The notes under the pieces were generated by a model, which did not search any database, was not told where the DNA came from, and worked only from the letters and a program-made list of their open reading frames with translations. From NCBI RefSeq assembly GCF_024521635.1, contig NW_026250434.1:62001-126000 (forward strand): 64,000 nt of DNA, written 5' to 3'. The number at the start of each line of letters is the position of its first letter. The first letter of the stretch is position 1. The position numbers and the translations under genes were made by a program. Shown here piece after piece: positions 23,256 to 36,100 of this stretch. This DNA comes from Tricharina praecox (taxonomy: Eukaryota).

Positions 23256-26200
23256 ATGCGCACATCTGCTAGTAGCGGTTCTCCGCCGGAGACCGTGCCT
23301 ACTGGTGGTGAAAATGCCGCCTCGCTACCTGATGCTCCCCCGCCGACCACTACTACCACGGCTACCACGGCTACCATGGCTACCACAGTGGCTCCGCACC
23401 CGTTCTTCATGAAGACTTCGGATAAGAGTATGTTTCTCGATCCACCGACTGGCTGGCTCGTATTGACACCCGTGCGTTTAACTAGAGCGAGTATTCGAAA
23501 AGAAGCAGCAGGAGCAGCAGGAGCAGCAGCAGGAGCAACCACGAGCACGAGTACGAGCACGAGCACCGACTCCGAACCCCACGAGTGCCTCCGACAACGA
23601 CAACGAAGAGCAGCTCCCCGAGCGCGACCCGTCCACCTCCTCCTCCAGGCCGAAGCGGGCCCGCAAAAAAGCTACAAAGCCTCGCAAAGGCAAGCTGCCA
23701 GCTCTACCGCCGAGGGATACGAAGGATGATGCCCGCCCGAGTTCGTCGGCTATGAACCTGGCATCTGTCCGTACGGAGATTGATCCTGTTACTGCCGCTG
23801 CGGCCCCGTTGACGCCGAGCTCGTCGGTTGGGTCTTCGGTTGTTGGCGAGGAGGTTGCGAGTGTGGGGGTGGGGAAGGGGATTGCGGTGGTGGATGGAGC
23901 GTTGGCAATGGATGTGGATGTGGTCGCGGAGACGGAAATGGACCCGAATCGGCGGAAGACTAAACGCAGGAAGAAGGCTGCACCTGTTGCTCCCATTGTC
24001 ACCACCGCAGCCGCAAAAGCGCCATTCCGCATGCCTGTCGACGACGAGGCGGGGATGATTCCTAGCAGTAGCCGCGCGAGCACCCCCCAGAAGCGTGGTA
24101 GACTCGAAGTGAGTCGGTTGGATACGAAGCTGGTGATCCGTGCGTCGTCGGAGGTGGCGAGTGAACTTTTGCCAAAGAATGCTGCTGCCATGCCGCCGAT
24201 GAGCCCGATGTTTCCGCTGCCACTACTTCCTTCAAGCCCGGTGCTTCCCCCGGGTGGGACCATGTCTGGATTTTCGACGCCGATGCGTTCGAGCCTCAAG
24301 ATCCGCGCGAAATTTGACCGCGAATCGGGGATGTTCACGATCGTTAATCCGTCTTCACGGCTGGGCGATACTTCGCCGACTCAGCGACCTCCCATGAGTA
24401 GCCCAATAATGCTGCCGAGTAGTCCGCCACAGCAGCTACGAGTTGGATTACCACCGGTGCGCAACGCATTCGCTTTACTCGGAAAGAAGAAAACCCCGGA
24501 GAAACCACCACCTGCTAGAAAGAAGAAGGATACATCAGCACTTGAGGATTCTGCTACGATCGAATCGAAGCCGGCCGGAAAAGGTAGAAAGCCTAGAAGC
24601 AAAAAGTCCGACGATAAGCTGCCGTCCCCTAAAGATCAGACGACGGCGGCTGCGGATTCGAAGCCCGGCAGCACCATGATCACCAGCAACAAACCGGCGC
24701 ACCCATTCTTTAGTGCTGCGGGAAGGAAGAAAATGAAGCAGACTCCAGCCGACGAGGACACAAAGACTGAGGGCACGGCCATCACGCCTCCACAGGGGCC
24801 ATCTCCCGGAGCCTCAAAAAAACGTCGAGAGCGAAAGGGAAGCTGGGTGTTCTCATCTGCTTTCGGGAACCCCGCCGCAGACCGAGTTGCCAAAAATCCT
24901 GCATTGCCGGAAGCGCCTTGGCCTCCCCGAGGAACCGCCCATGTTCGTGGCCTCGACACTTCGGACAACGTTATCGCGCCGGCTCATACCCACGACTTTA
25001 AGTATAATCTTAAGCTCAAGGGATCCAACATCGTTGTAACGGCCGAGGAGGACATTCTCAAAAATTTAGCTTCGACGTTGGATCTGCTCAAGCTGAAAAA
25101 GATGGTCTCCTCCGAGGATTACCAAACGCTAAAGTACCTCGGCGCCTTGTCCGATGGGAAGGTGCCCAATAGGATTATCACCACCGGAAGTCTACTCCAA
25201 GAGATGGTCCGCCCCCGAGTTTCTGCGAGGCTCCCGCATCCGAAGGCAATGTCCCAAGCTGGAGAGGATTCGGACTCTGGTGATAATCTCACCGTTGGTG
25301 GAATGAGCGTGCACCCTGCACTTTTCAAGCTCTACCAGCGCTTGGGTACGACTCTCACGGCGTTCGACATGCACGTGTGTGAGTCCTCCCCGTGGGAAGT
25401 CAAATATGCCCCCGAGACGGCCAGTGAAATCCTGCAGACCGGACGCGAGAAGGATATCCTTCGGCAGTGGTTGATCGAATTGCGGACCGACAAGGTACAC
25501 GTGGAGAAGGGGAATGGGGGGAGTGGAAGTGGAAAGGGAAAGCGCAAGGGTAAACCGAAGGCTGCCGCCGTCAAGAAGAAGCGCAAGAAGAAGGGTGACG
25601 ATCTGGATGGATTCATGGTCGACAGCGAGGGGGAGCAGAGTATAATGGATGAAATTACCGATCCCGAAGAGGATGACTGGCTCAATCCTACCGTGAAGAC
25701 AAAGAAGTCTACCGTCCGGTCCGGCGACAAGATGAATGAGCTCATCGGGAAGACCAAGGACGCCAAGAAGACAAATAGCATTGTCATCAGCGGACCGACT
25801 GGATCGGGGAAGACTGCTGCTGTTTATGCTACGGCCAAAGAACTTGGATATGTTGTCTTTGAGGTCAATGCGGGGACTAGAAGGTGCGGAAAGGACGTCT
25901 TGGATCAGGTCGGTGATATGAGTCGAAACCATCTCGTGCACCAAGCCAAGAGCGCCTCGGAAACGAATAATCCATTCTCGAAGGCCAAGACTGCAGCGGC
26001 CACACCAAAGGACGTCGTTGCAAAGCTTGAGGACGAGATGCAGATGCGTCAGAAACAGTCGCTCATCCTCTTTGAGGAAGTGGATATTCTCTTCGATGAG
26101 GATAAGAGCTTCTGGAGCACCGTTATCACCTTGATGTTCAAGTCGAAGCGCCCGGTTGTCCTTACGTGCAACGATGAGTCGCGTCTCCCTTGGGATGATT

Positions 26201-27420
26201 TGTCTCTTCATGCCATTTTGCGCTTCTCCGTTCCACCGAGAGCCTTGCTAGTGGATCACCTCCTGCTGATGGCTGCGAATGAGGGCCATCTCTTGCAGCG
26301 TTCCGCAGTGGAAGGTCTCGTGCAGGCTAACCGGGAGGATCTTCGCTCATCGATCATGGACCTGCAGTTCTACTGCCGCATGGCAGTCGGAGACCGCAAG
26401 GGAGGCCTCGACTGGATGATCAGCAGGTATCCCATAGGATGCGATATCGCTGACAACGGCGAGAAGCTTCGCGTGGTTAGCGAAGATACTTACTGCCCGG
26501 GAACAGGCATGGTGAACGATACACAGGGCTTTAGGGAGGAGCAAAAGTGGATGGATGTCTGGGAAGGCTACGGGCTTGATGTTGGTGCTTCGAATGAAGG
26601 AATCCGCCGATGTGTCGATGCGATGCCGACGGATGAGCGTGCCGATAGGCTGGCTGCACTCGAGATCTCGGAGACCTTCTTTGGTGCCAGGAGTGATGCA
26701 GATGCGTTTGCATCTCTTTCTGGTTCGTATGATGATGTATGTGCATTCCCCAATCACTACCAATGGTGCGAAATAGTACAGTATAGCTGACAAGCCAAAC
26801 AGCCAAAGCTAGATTTCTCCCTTCCTAAGAGGAGCGGAAAAACAAGGCTGGACGATCTCTGCGGCTACAGCATCCTCCAAACGGAACCCCACATCGTTCC
26901 AGGCTCGGTCGAGACCGAAATCACCGTGTACACGCGCTCCCTCGCCCGCAGCTACCTCACCAGTGAAGTGCATAAAATGTCGCTCACGCTGCCACCCCTC
27001 AGTAACTCCACAATCATGGAGTCCATCACCTCACGCCACGAGGAAGATGGTGTCTCACGTATGCAGCTGCAGAACCTCTTCGCCCCGCTATCGAAAGCCG
27101 AGACCATGTTCGCCTCCACGCCGGCGACTACTCACAGCTGCGTATACCCATCACTCCGCACGCTAGCTACAGAGGTCGCCCCCTATGTCCGCAGTATCCT
27201 GCGGTTCGACATCATGATGGAGAAAGAGCGCCGCAGGGCGAGCAACCTGCTCAGTCTCGGCGGAAAGCGCAAGACCCGTGCGGCAAGATTGGCCGTTGAG
27301 GGCGGTGATCGCCGGCGTAAAGAGAGGTGGCTGCGCGGGCTCGGTGCAGACGTGGTAGGACGCAGTGCTGGAGATGACTGGGTGGTGCAACCCGGTGAAG
27401 AAGAGGATGGCAGGACGTAG
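23256..27420 (+). CDS. ELG1: Elg1/ATAD5 alternative RFC large subunit (PCNA unloader)
   Basis: AAA+ motifs W..KYAP, ISGPTGSGKTAAVYATAKELGYVVFEVNAG, LILFEEVDILF, SKRPVVLTCN and DLRSSI. Introns 23428-23485 and 26737-26802 join the ORF-track fragments in frame. Confidence 0.88.
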
Positions 27421-27797
27421 ATGGAAAATGTTTAATGCTCGAAATGGTGTTTGATCTTACAAATGGGCGCGGATGAAGGCATGTACAGCGGATATTTTTT
27501 GTGAGGCGTTTGTTGTTTTAGGGACTGTATTGCTTGCGTTCATGGTTTTTTGTATTTTTTTGTATGTTTTCTCTTTTTTTCTTTTTTTCTCTCGCATTTG
27601 ATGGGTGGGACTTTACACGGAATTTGGGATGATTGTGAGGGGACTTAGATTTGGCGGGAGCGAGCTGCGGGTGGTGATAGGCGGATGGACTGGACCCTTG
27701 TATTACTAGTACTACTTCGTGGTAGAGCTCGAATTGACTGATGCTGACCTTACCTAGCCGTTATGAGTTCCCCACAACCTCTACTATACACTGTACC

Positions 27798-29216
27798 ATG
27801 AGCGCAACCGACCTCGAACCTCCGAAAGACCCAGTGCTTTACTCCCATCCCCTCTATACTAGTACGCCCTGTCCCGTACCTTCATCGGACGATGGCGACC
27901 TCTGTGTGGAGCTCCAGCCAGACGTGTTCACGTATACGCACCGCGTCCTCTTCGGCACGGACAAGCTAGTTGTTGCTACAGGCAAGCTTTGTCCACGAGG
28001 CCTAGAAATCCATCACCCCTCCGCCTCCGGCGGAGAAACAGCCCTCAAGCGCCTACAGATAGCGACCATTGCACCCGGCGATTATCCGCAGATCGTGGAC
28101 GCGCTGACGCAGCACGCACTCGAGACACGGGACTTCACGCTCGTCGTCAGAGCTTCAGATTCGGAAAAGGTGCTGGACCGGATCCGCGTTCATCGCGGCT
28201 TGCTGGCCGCGAGGATCCCCTACTTCCGCTCACTGTTCTCCGGCGGGTTCAAAGACTCTTTGGGCGACGAGGCTACGCTACGGGACGACGTTGTCACCGC
28301 TTCCGCGGCGCGCCGGGTGGCGGCGTGGTGCGCTCTCGACTTTGATACCGCCGCACTGGGATTGGGGTCCGTGAAGGAGGCACTGGAGCTCGCTGTGGCC
28401 GCGGACTTCCTCTGCGCGGATGATCTGTGGGCGTTCGCGCTGGCCTCGGCCTGGAGCTCAATGCCGCTTTGGCTAGTGAAGTGCGATGTGTGCGCCGTGA
28501 GCATCCCGGCGTTCCTGGAGGGGGTCGAGGCAAGCCCCGTGTTGAAGGAGAGGCTCCAAGAGGGTGTGCAGGCGTGTCTACGGATACTTGCGACGCCGGA
28601 GGGCGTGCGAGTGTGGAAGCGTCCGTTGATTTCCATGTCGGACGCTATTCTGAAGAGACTGGTGGCGACGGCAGAGGAATACCTGGCAGAACAAGGCAGT
28701 AAGAATGCGTATAGGATGTTTCTGTTTGTTTCGGAACTTGCAGCGAAGGTGAAGACTTCGCCGCTGAAGACGAGGTGGGAAGAGATGTTGTTGCACCCAG
28801 TGTCGACTGCGTGCGCGCGAGTTGCTGCGGCTGAACTGGGCGACCGATACCTTGTCCGCCTGGTCAAGCGAGTACATAAACTCGTCGTTTGTCGCGACAA
28901 GAGCGTGGTGGATGAATTCCTGCAGTGCGTTGCGGGGACCGTGGAGAGACGGAATGTGAAGGTGCTCTTGTTTGGATTGGCGGATGTGACATTGCCAGAT
29001 TCTGAGGCTGTAGAGAAGGCTAGGGAAATAGTTTTGAAGTGGCTGAAGAAGGAATGGTTGAGTATTGCTGTGGACGGAGGATTTGCGGAGTGGGAGGCCG
29101 AGGAGAGGGAGTACCTGGCGTCCAAGCTCGGGATTGCGGTTGAGGATCTTGGAGTGACCGCGAGGGCGAGGCGTGTCGGCAGAGGACATAGCAGCGGGAG
29201 TAGGGGGAAGACGTAG
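27798..29216 (+). CDS. BTB/POZ-domain protein (possible Cul3 adaptor)
   Basis: DFTLVV..IRVHRGLLAARIPYFRSLFSGGFKDS and LELAVAADFL are BTB signatures. Intronless; an alternative ATG lies at 27741. Confidence 0.8.
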   Translation: MSATDLEPPKDPVLYSHPLYTSTPCPVPSSDDGDLCVELQPDVFTYTHRVLFGTDKLVVATGKLCPRGLEIHHPSASGGETALKRLQIATIAPGDYPQIVDALTQHALETRDFTLVVRASDSEKVLDRIRVHRGLLAARIPYFRSLFSGGFKDSLGDEATLRDDVVTASAARRVAAWCALDFDTAALGLGSVKEALELAVAADFLCADDLWAFALASAWSSMPLWLVKCDVCAVSIPAFLEGVEASPVLKERLQEGVQACLRILATPEGVRVWKRPLISMSDAILKRLVATAEEYLAEQGSKNAYRMFLFVSELAAKVKTSPLKTRWEEMLLHPVSTACARVAAAELGDRYLVRLVKRVHKLVVCRDKSVVDEFLQCVAGTVERRNVKVLLFGLADVTLPDSEAVEKAREIVLKWLKKEWLSIAVDGGFAEWEAEEREYLASKLGIAVEDLGVTARARRVGRGHSSGSRGKT

Positions 29217-29363
29217 TAGCGGGAGTATGTAGGCGGCGGCGCTGCATCAACACGGGGAAGTCCATTCTTTAGAAGGCTAGCGGTGTCTGAAAAGTTATAC
29301 ATACCATCTAGAAACATGATAAACTATTCTCTTATGTGTTTCATTTGTGAACTTTCATCAACA

Positions 29364-29435
29364 GCCCGAATGGTCTAGTGGTATGATTCCTGCTTTGGGT
29401 GCAGGAGGTCTCCGGTTCAAACCCGGATTCGGGCC
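29364..29435 (+). tRNA. tRNA-Pro, anticodon UGG, intronless
   Basis: Acceptor stem GCCCGAA/TTCGGGC; D arm TGGTCTAGTGGTATGATT; anticodon arm CCTGC-TTTGGGT-GCAGG; T arm TCCGG-TTCAAAC-CCGGA. T-runs follow at 29442-29452. Confidence 0.97.
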
Positions 29436-29579
29436 TAGATCTTTTGCTTTTTGGTTCACGTAAGCATGTTACACGAGGCCTTTCAGGGATCGTGACATGA
29501 CACGGCAGGCCACCGGGGCTCGAGCTCATCTCTCTACAACTCCCCCGCGCCACCTGCCTTCGAAACACAGCACAACGGC

Positions 29580-31876
29580 ATGGAGCAGAATCGTGCGCTA
29601 GTGATTCTGATCCTCCTGATCATCTTCTTCTTCCCGGACGGGCAAGGGCCTGACCGAAGCAAGGAGGCGATCAACGAGATAGCTCACGAACGATACAGCC
29701 TCGATGTGCTACGAAACTCGACCTTCGGACATCCCGGGAACCTGACGGGTCTGTTGACGGATGCGCCCACGCCGCCGGGGCAAGTGCGCGAGAAATGGAG
29801 GGGGATACGGGCGAAACTGTTGAAGAGCTTTGCGGAGCCGCTGCTGGCAAAGCGGGGGGCGGAGGTGGAGGAGGTGCTACGGCCCCGAAAGTCGGGCGCA
29901 ACGGTCTACAGGAATGCTACGGGGAGTGTGTTGGGCCGCTGGAAGAAGCAGGAGTTTCCGGATCTGCCAACGACGGCACAATCGAATGTTACGTACCCGA
30001 GTAACTTGACGGCGCTCGACGCGGGGAAGTTGATGCTTAGCATCGAGGATACTACTGAGGCTGCCAAGGAGAGCGGGCTGGTGGAGGTCAAGATGGCGCT
30101 CAGGATCAGGGATGAGGATGGTGGGAGTGTGGTCGATGTGATGCTTAACGGCGTGCATTTTTCGGAAACGGGAGAGATGGTCGCGGCGACGACTTCGGAA
30201 CGGTTGGTCATCATCTACATGTAGTCTTGTTGGGGCCGCGACTGATGGTTTGCAGATTCGCCGGAATATTCGCCTTGCCGCATTTCATGCTCCACGAGAA
30301 GGAGTACAACCAGTCGAAGGCCCTCCTACTACCGTCGATCGAGAAGGTGGTTGAGAAGATGGAGGCGACACGGTATATGGATGCACCGTGGCTGACCGGA
30401 ATCGACGGCATGCCCTTGTCCGAGGAGCCGCAGTGCGAGTACATTGCGTACATCCAGCTTCACCCCGTTGATCCGCTGTTCGAACACAGGCCGGGAATGC
30501 ATACGGATACGAAGATTATTATGCAGGAGATTGAACGGGAGATGCGGTTTCCGACGGGGTCTTCACTACCGCCTCCTCCGCCGCTCGAAGCAACGGTCAT
30601 GGTGTATTCGCCGAATTGTGGAGTTGTCCTCGTTGCCGACGAGCTGGAGGGACAGAAGGTGGAGCCGTTTTACAGTCAGGCCTCGCATCTGGGACTGGGA
30701 GCGGCAGCAGTTGCGGCATTACAGATATGGATCCTAATACGCCAGATGAACGATTCCAATACTCTCAGCACTATCAGTAGAGTCAGCTTCTGGACGATTA
30801 CCATGATGGCTGTGGTCGATGGATACTTCTTCTTCACTTTCATGATAGTCGCCATCTTCCTACGCGCCTGTTTCCTGCCCATGGTCGCGGCATCTTTCTG
30901 TTACCTGATGCTCTCGGCGGTGTTTGGAATGCGGTTCCTGGTCTCCACATATAAAGTCCAACGCCAATCGGCTCCGCTGGCTCCCGCCGCTCCTCCTCCG
31001 CCTCCACCGGCTACTGCTCCTTCAGATGGTCTCCCCCTCCCAGCCACAGCCGTCCCACAGACCCCCGTTATCATACCCCCCACAGCAACCGCCACCGCCG
31101 TGACCGACGACGAAGTCAACGCTGAAATCAGTGCCCTACACACACGCTTCTACTTCGCGCTGATCGCAATCCTCTTCTTCTCCCTCCATGCCGCAACTTG
31201 GCCCCCATTCTACCGCGACATCTTGGTGCATCTCGTCCTGCTAATCATAAACTCCTACTGGATCCCACAAATCTACCGCAACATCATGCGCGGCTGCCGC
31301 AAGGCCTTGCGCTGGGAATTTGTTCTGGGCACGTCCATCTGCCGCCTCGCAGGCGTAGGCTATATCTACCTCTACCCGGGCAACATCTTCCACTCGGCGA
31401 CCAACCCCATGGCCGTGTTCATCATTGCCAGCTGGGTAGGGCTGCAAATCATCGCGCTGCTGGTGCAGGACATCTTCGGACCGCGCTTCCTGATCCCGTC
31501 CCACTCGCTGCCACAGGTGTACGACTACCACTGCCCGCTCCCGGCGACCGACGAGGAGGCGGCGCAGGAAATGGGCACGCCGACGGACGACGGCAGGATG
31601 CGCAGCTTCGATTGCGTTGTGTGTATGCAGACCGTCGACGTGCCGGTTGCGGGCGCTGCCGATGGCAGAGATGGACTGCTCGGTAGGAGGGGCTATATGG
31701 TCACGCCGTGCAGACATGTCTTCCACTCCCATTGCCTCGAGGGCTGGATGCGATTTAGGCTGCAGTGTCCGATTTGCAGGTATGTCGCCCGTATTATAAC
31801 TACAACACTCGTGACTCCGGGATGGGGATGGTTGCTAACTAATTGGTGACGTAGGACTCCGTTACCGGCTTTGTAG
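29580..31876 (+). CDS. TUL1: Transmembrane RING E3 ligase Tul1/Dsc1 (Golgi Dsc complex)
   Basis: N-terminal hydrophobic segment, TTSERFAGIFALPHF, CEYIAYIQLHP, several TM helices, SYWIPQIYRN, and C-terminal RING-H2 (CVVC..YMVTPCRHVFHSHCLEGWMRFRLQCPICR). Introns 30203-30255 and 31780-31854. Confidence 0.92.
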
Positions 31877-33183
31877 ATGTAGATATAGATGTAGGTGTAG
31901 GTGTAGGATATGATAGACGTGCGATGCAGTTTTACTTGGTTTAGGCTTTGGGGGTATTTTTTTGTTAGGTATTTTGATAGGTACGGCGTTTTTCCATTCT
32001 CCACTTTTTAGAGAGAACTTGTTTGGGGCTGTATGATATGATATAGTTACCTGTATTTGGCACCCACTGAGAATTCGGTTGGAGATATCACTAGCGCGAG
32101 TGTGAGTCGCCGATGAGTGATCCTGCGTGAGTATTATGCAGTGCTCGACAATGGGTTTTTATCACCGTCTAGACAACAGTGACCAGAGCGACACTCATTG
32201 CCAAAATCTATCCCAATTACCAATCTATTACCCACCACCACCACCACCAGCAGCCCAGCAGCAGCATATTGAAGTCTATACTTGTACTATCTACGGTACA
32301 TCATCTCCCCCTCGTCTCCCCCCTCCCACCTTCTACTCGAAACCACCCCTCTAGCGAATACAGACAAAAATATAAATATAAATACAGTTACAGTTGTAGA
32401 ATACAAAAAAACAAACCCCCAGCCACATGTACCCAGTCAGTGAATTCCCGGAACGGATTGAAGAATGAACGAATAAACAAATATTCAGAATGGAAGAATG
32501 AAGGATAAACGAATAAACGGATTGAAGAGTAAACAAATATCCAGAACGAATTGAAGAATGAATGAAGATACCGAACTCCCCCAGTGTTCCCCCCCTCCCC
32601 CCTTTTCCCATCCTTACACAACTCCAGTCAATAGAGAAAGAAAAAAAATAGTACAAGTAAACAAGGAAAAGGCTTGTCGTCGTGACAAACGGAGCGTATT
32701 CACATGCATACACACCAAACGGGCACACACAAGATGACAGTAAAAGAAATGCAGACAGGATGTAGGTAGTTCACCAGGATAAAGCCGGTGAGTAGGTGAG
32801 TAGTGTAGGGTTGGCTTCAACCCGTATAAGGAAAAAAGGACTAAAAAGGTGCGGTAAGGGAGGGAGGGGGGCGGTTGGACAACCAAAAAACCAAAAAAAA
32901 AAAAACCTGCTCTATAGAAACGAGAAACGAGAATGAACGTATGGTAAGTAGTGGGTGGGATAAAAAAGGTAAGGTAAGATCAAGATAAAAAGTAATAATT
33001 GTACAATAGGCAAGATGTAGTAGTAGCAATGTAGTAGCAATGACTGATTTGATAATGGGCAGAGAAATTATGTATATTAGAAATTGGTTCTGGTTGGTGG
33101 TATCAAACGCGACACAATAATACAAGGACAACAACATCCAGGTGATTAAGCTCAAGCTAGCTCAAGCTAGCTCAAGCTTGCTT

Positions 33184-36100
33184 CTACTTATCAAAACACC
33201 GGCGCACAACTGTTTCCATCCGTATTAGCCCGTGTTCATTGCACCTTTTGGGAGGGAGAGAAAACTAACCACCAAGAACCTGCTTCTGCTCGGCACTGTT
33301 CTGGCAGGCACACTGCAGCATACCACCTTCCAGCAGCATCAACCGAACACTGTAGGGGAGCTCCTGCTCATCGACGTCGGGCAGATCAATCTTCCTCACT
33401 TCACTCGAGATGTGGTAGCGCCTGGTTTGCGGCGCGTTCTATTCACCGTTAGCCATCGCCCGAGAAGCAGAGTGGGCGATCGATAGTGACCATACCTCGT
33501 CGTCGGTCAGGGACAGGAATAGCCATCCGTCCTCGTCAATCTTCATGTACCTCCGCTTCCACAGCATCGTGTCCGGGAGTTGGACGTTGATGGATCCAGC
33601 GTGGAGGAATGTTTTCTTGGCCGACTCGTCTGGCTGCGGCGGTGCCGGTTTCGGTGCCGATACCGGAGTCGCGGCGAAAGGAGGAGGAGAAGGAGGAGGA
33701 GAAAGGTCCTTCTTTCTGGTCAACGAATGGCTGACGCGCTGCAGGAAACTGGGGCTCTTGGGCGACTTTGCCGACGAGGACGAGCCACGTCGAGCGCCGC
33801 CTGTGAGTGCTGCTGAAGCAGACACTCCTCCCTCGGGCACATCGTCAAGATCCTTAGGCTTGGGACTCCGCGAGAAGATCCGTGGTCGTTGATCCTTGTC
33901 CGAGGTGATTCGGCGGCCCCTGCCGGTCAAGTCGACGCTGCTCCTACGGAGCGCAGGCTCATTGGGCGGGACCTCGACGAGCTTGTGAGGGGGCATGGTG
34001 AGGATGTCTGGTGTCGACGGGTCCCTCTCCATTGGCGACAAGAGAGATGTTACGGAAGGCGATTTGGTCAGGACGCTCGGGGACTGCATCATACTTGGCT
34101 CTCGCGAGATCTTTGTGGTAACCTGGAGTTGCGGCCTGTTATCCTTCTCGACGAATTCAAGCTTGGCACGCACGGGTTCCGCGCGCAAAGTTTCCGTTAT
34201 CAACGACTGTGGAGGCATCGACTGGCGGTGCAATATTGTCGCCGGCGACGGCGCGAGCGAGAATGGAGGAGCTGGACCGGTGGAATCGAACGACATGCTG
34301 TTGACTCTCGGCGGAGATTTGTTGCTCATAGCACTCGGAGGACGGTTGCTCATGGCGCTCGGCGGACGGTTGGCCAAGAATTCCGGGGTAGGGGAGTTGC
34401 TCCTGCTCACGGACTGTGTCCGAGACGGGACGACGAAAGTAGCCTTCTGCTTCGTGGACGCGAGCTGCTGAAACTGCTTGATACGTTGAGACACGCTGCC
34501 ACCACCGCCAGCAGCAGCAGCAGCACCACCACTTCCCACAGTCACCTTCTTCGCGACCACCGGCTTAGACTCCACCCGTGCGCTCTTGAGAAACGGAGCC
34601 GATACGGAGCGAGCGGTCTCGACGACGGGCGTCTCGTCCGGAGGAATCGTGGATGATCGTTCGACTCGTTTCGCCTTTGGCGGAGGCATTGTTTTGGCAT
34701 CGGACGACGCTTTGCGATCGGCCGCTAGGTGGATGCTCTTGCCAGCAGTAGGTACTTGAGTAGGTGTAGTGGTGGTAGTGGCAGTGGTGGTAGGCTTCGT
34801 CACCTGTCTTGACTCATTCATTTGCGTTTCGAGTGACACTATGGACTCTCCGTCACTCTCCTCGTCGACATCATCCCGTACTTTAGTCGTACCTTCTATT
34901 TTATCATCCTCAGTTTCCGCCGGGGAAGGATGCTCGGTAGCTGTGACGTCTGTCTCGGGTGTCGGCTCGGGTTTCACCTGGTCGTGCCCATTGTCCTCCT
35001 CATCGTCCTCGTCCTCCTTGGACGCGTCCACATCGTCTTCCCTCTCCCTTTCCGGTGTCAGGGGCTCTTCGCGACCCTCCAGCTTGCCATCTTTATCGAT
35101 CGGGGAGTTCAAAGCAGCACCTGTGCTGTTATCTTCTTCCTTTCCCGCCTGGTTGTTTTCGCCTCCTTCCGTTTTATCGAGACGGGTCTCATCGGAGGAG
35201 CCTGCAGGAGCAGAGTCGGCAACATTGTGGACATCGTCATCGATAGGGGACATGGTGGAAGCGATAGGGGTAGATTGAGCGGGATCGATTGAGTCGTCCG
35301 ATCGATTGTCTTCGTCGTCTAGGTCTAGGTCTTCTTCTTCTTCTTCCTGTTCTTCTTCTTCTTCTTCTTCTTCTTCTTCTTCTTCTTCTTCTTCTTCTTC
35401 GGCTCTATCTTGTTGTTTCTGCTCTGCGATTTGTTGTTGTTGTTGTTGGTATTGTTGTTGCTGTTGTCTCCTCAATTGCAACGCTCTCATCAAACGTTGT
35501 TTCTCTGGTGTAGGGCCGTCGGTAGCAGAAGTCTTGACGGAAGCTGAGCTTGAATAGATGGAAAAGGAGTGGAGCGAGGTCGGAGTGGTGGGTGAGGGTG
35601 GGAGTTGCGGTTCAGGGATTGAAAGTGAATGGACGGGGGTAGTAGGAGTTCGGGAACCGGAGGTGGTTCTTCTTGGCGGGATGTGAACGGATCGAGGGAC
35701 TGCGGCTCGCAGTTCTTCAGTCGACGGCTGAAAGGTCTTCGTTCGCTCGCGCTCGTTCGACGTGTGTGGACGTTTAGGGGGCTCTACATGGAGACGCGGA
35801 CCGAGCTTGACCTTTGGCACATACGGGTATTGAGAATAGATGTCAGACGCCGACGGCCGCGATGCTGAGGAAGTGGACTTTCGCCGGGGCTCTGACAGAG
35901 AAGATGTACCCGAGTCGTATGGGGTGGTGATGCTCAAGGAGGTATTTGCAGATGTGGAGGGAAAATCTCCTTTTGAGAGGGAGAACGACGGCGCGGTCGG
36001 ATCCCTGTCTTGAATTGCAGGTGCACCGGCCCCTCGCTCATCTGACACAGCCGGGTCGTAGGAAGTGACAACCACAGCAACAGCCACGCCGGAGTAGTTA

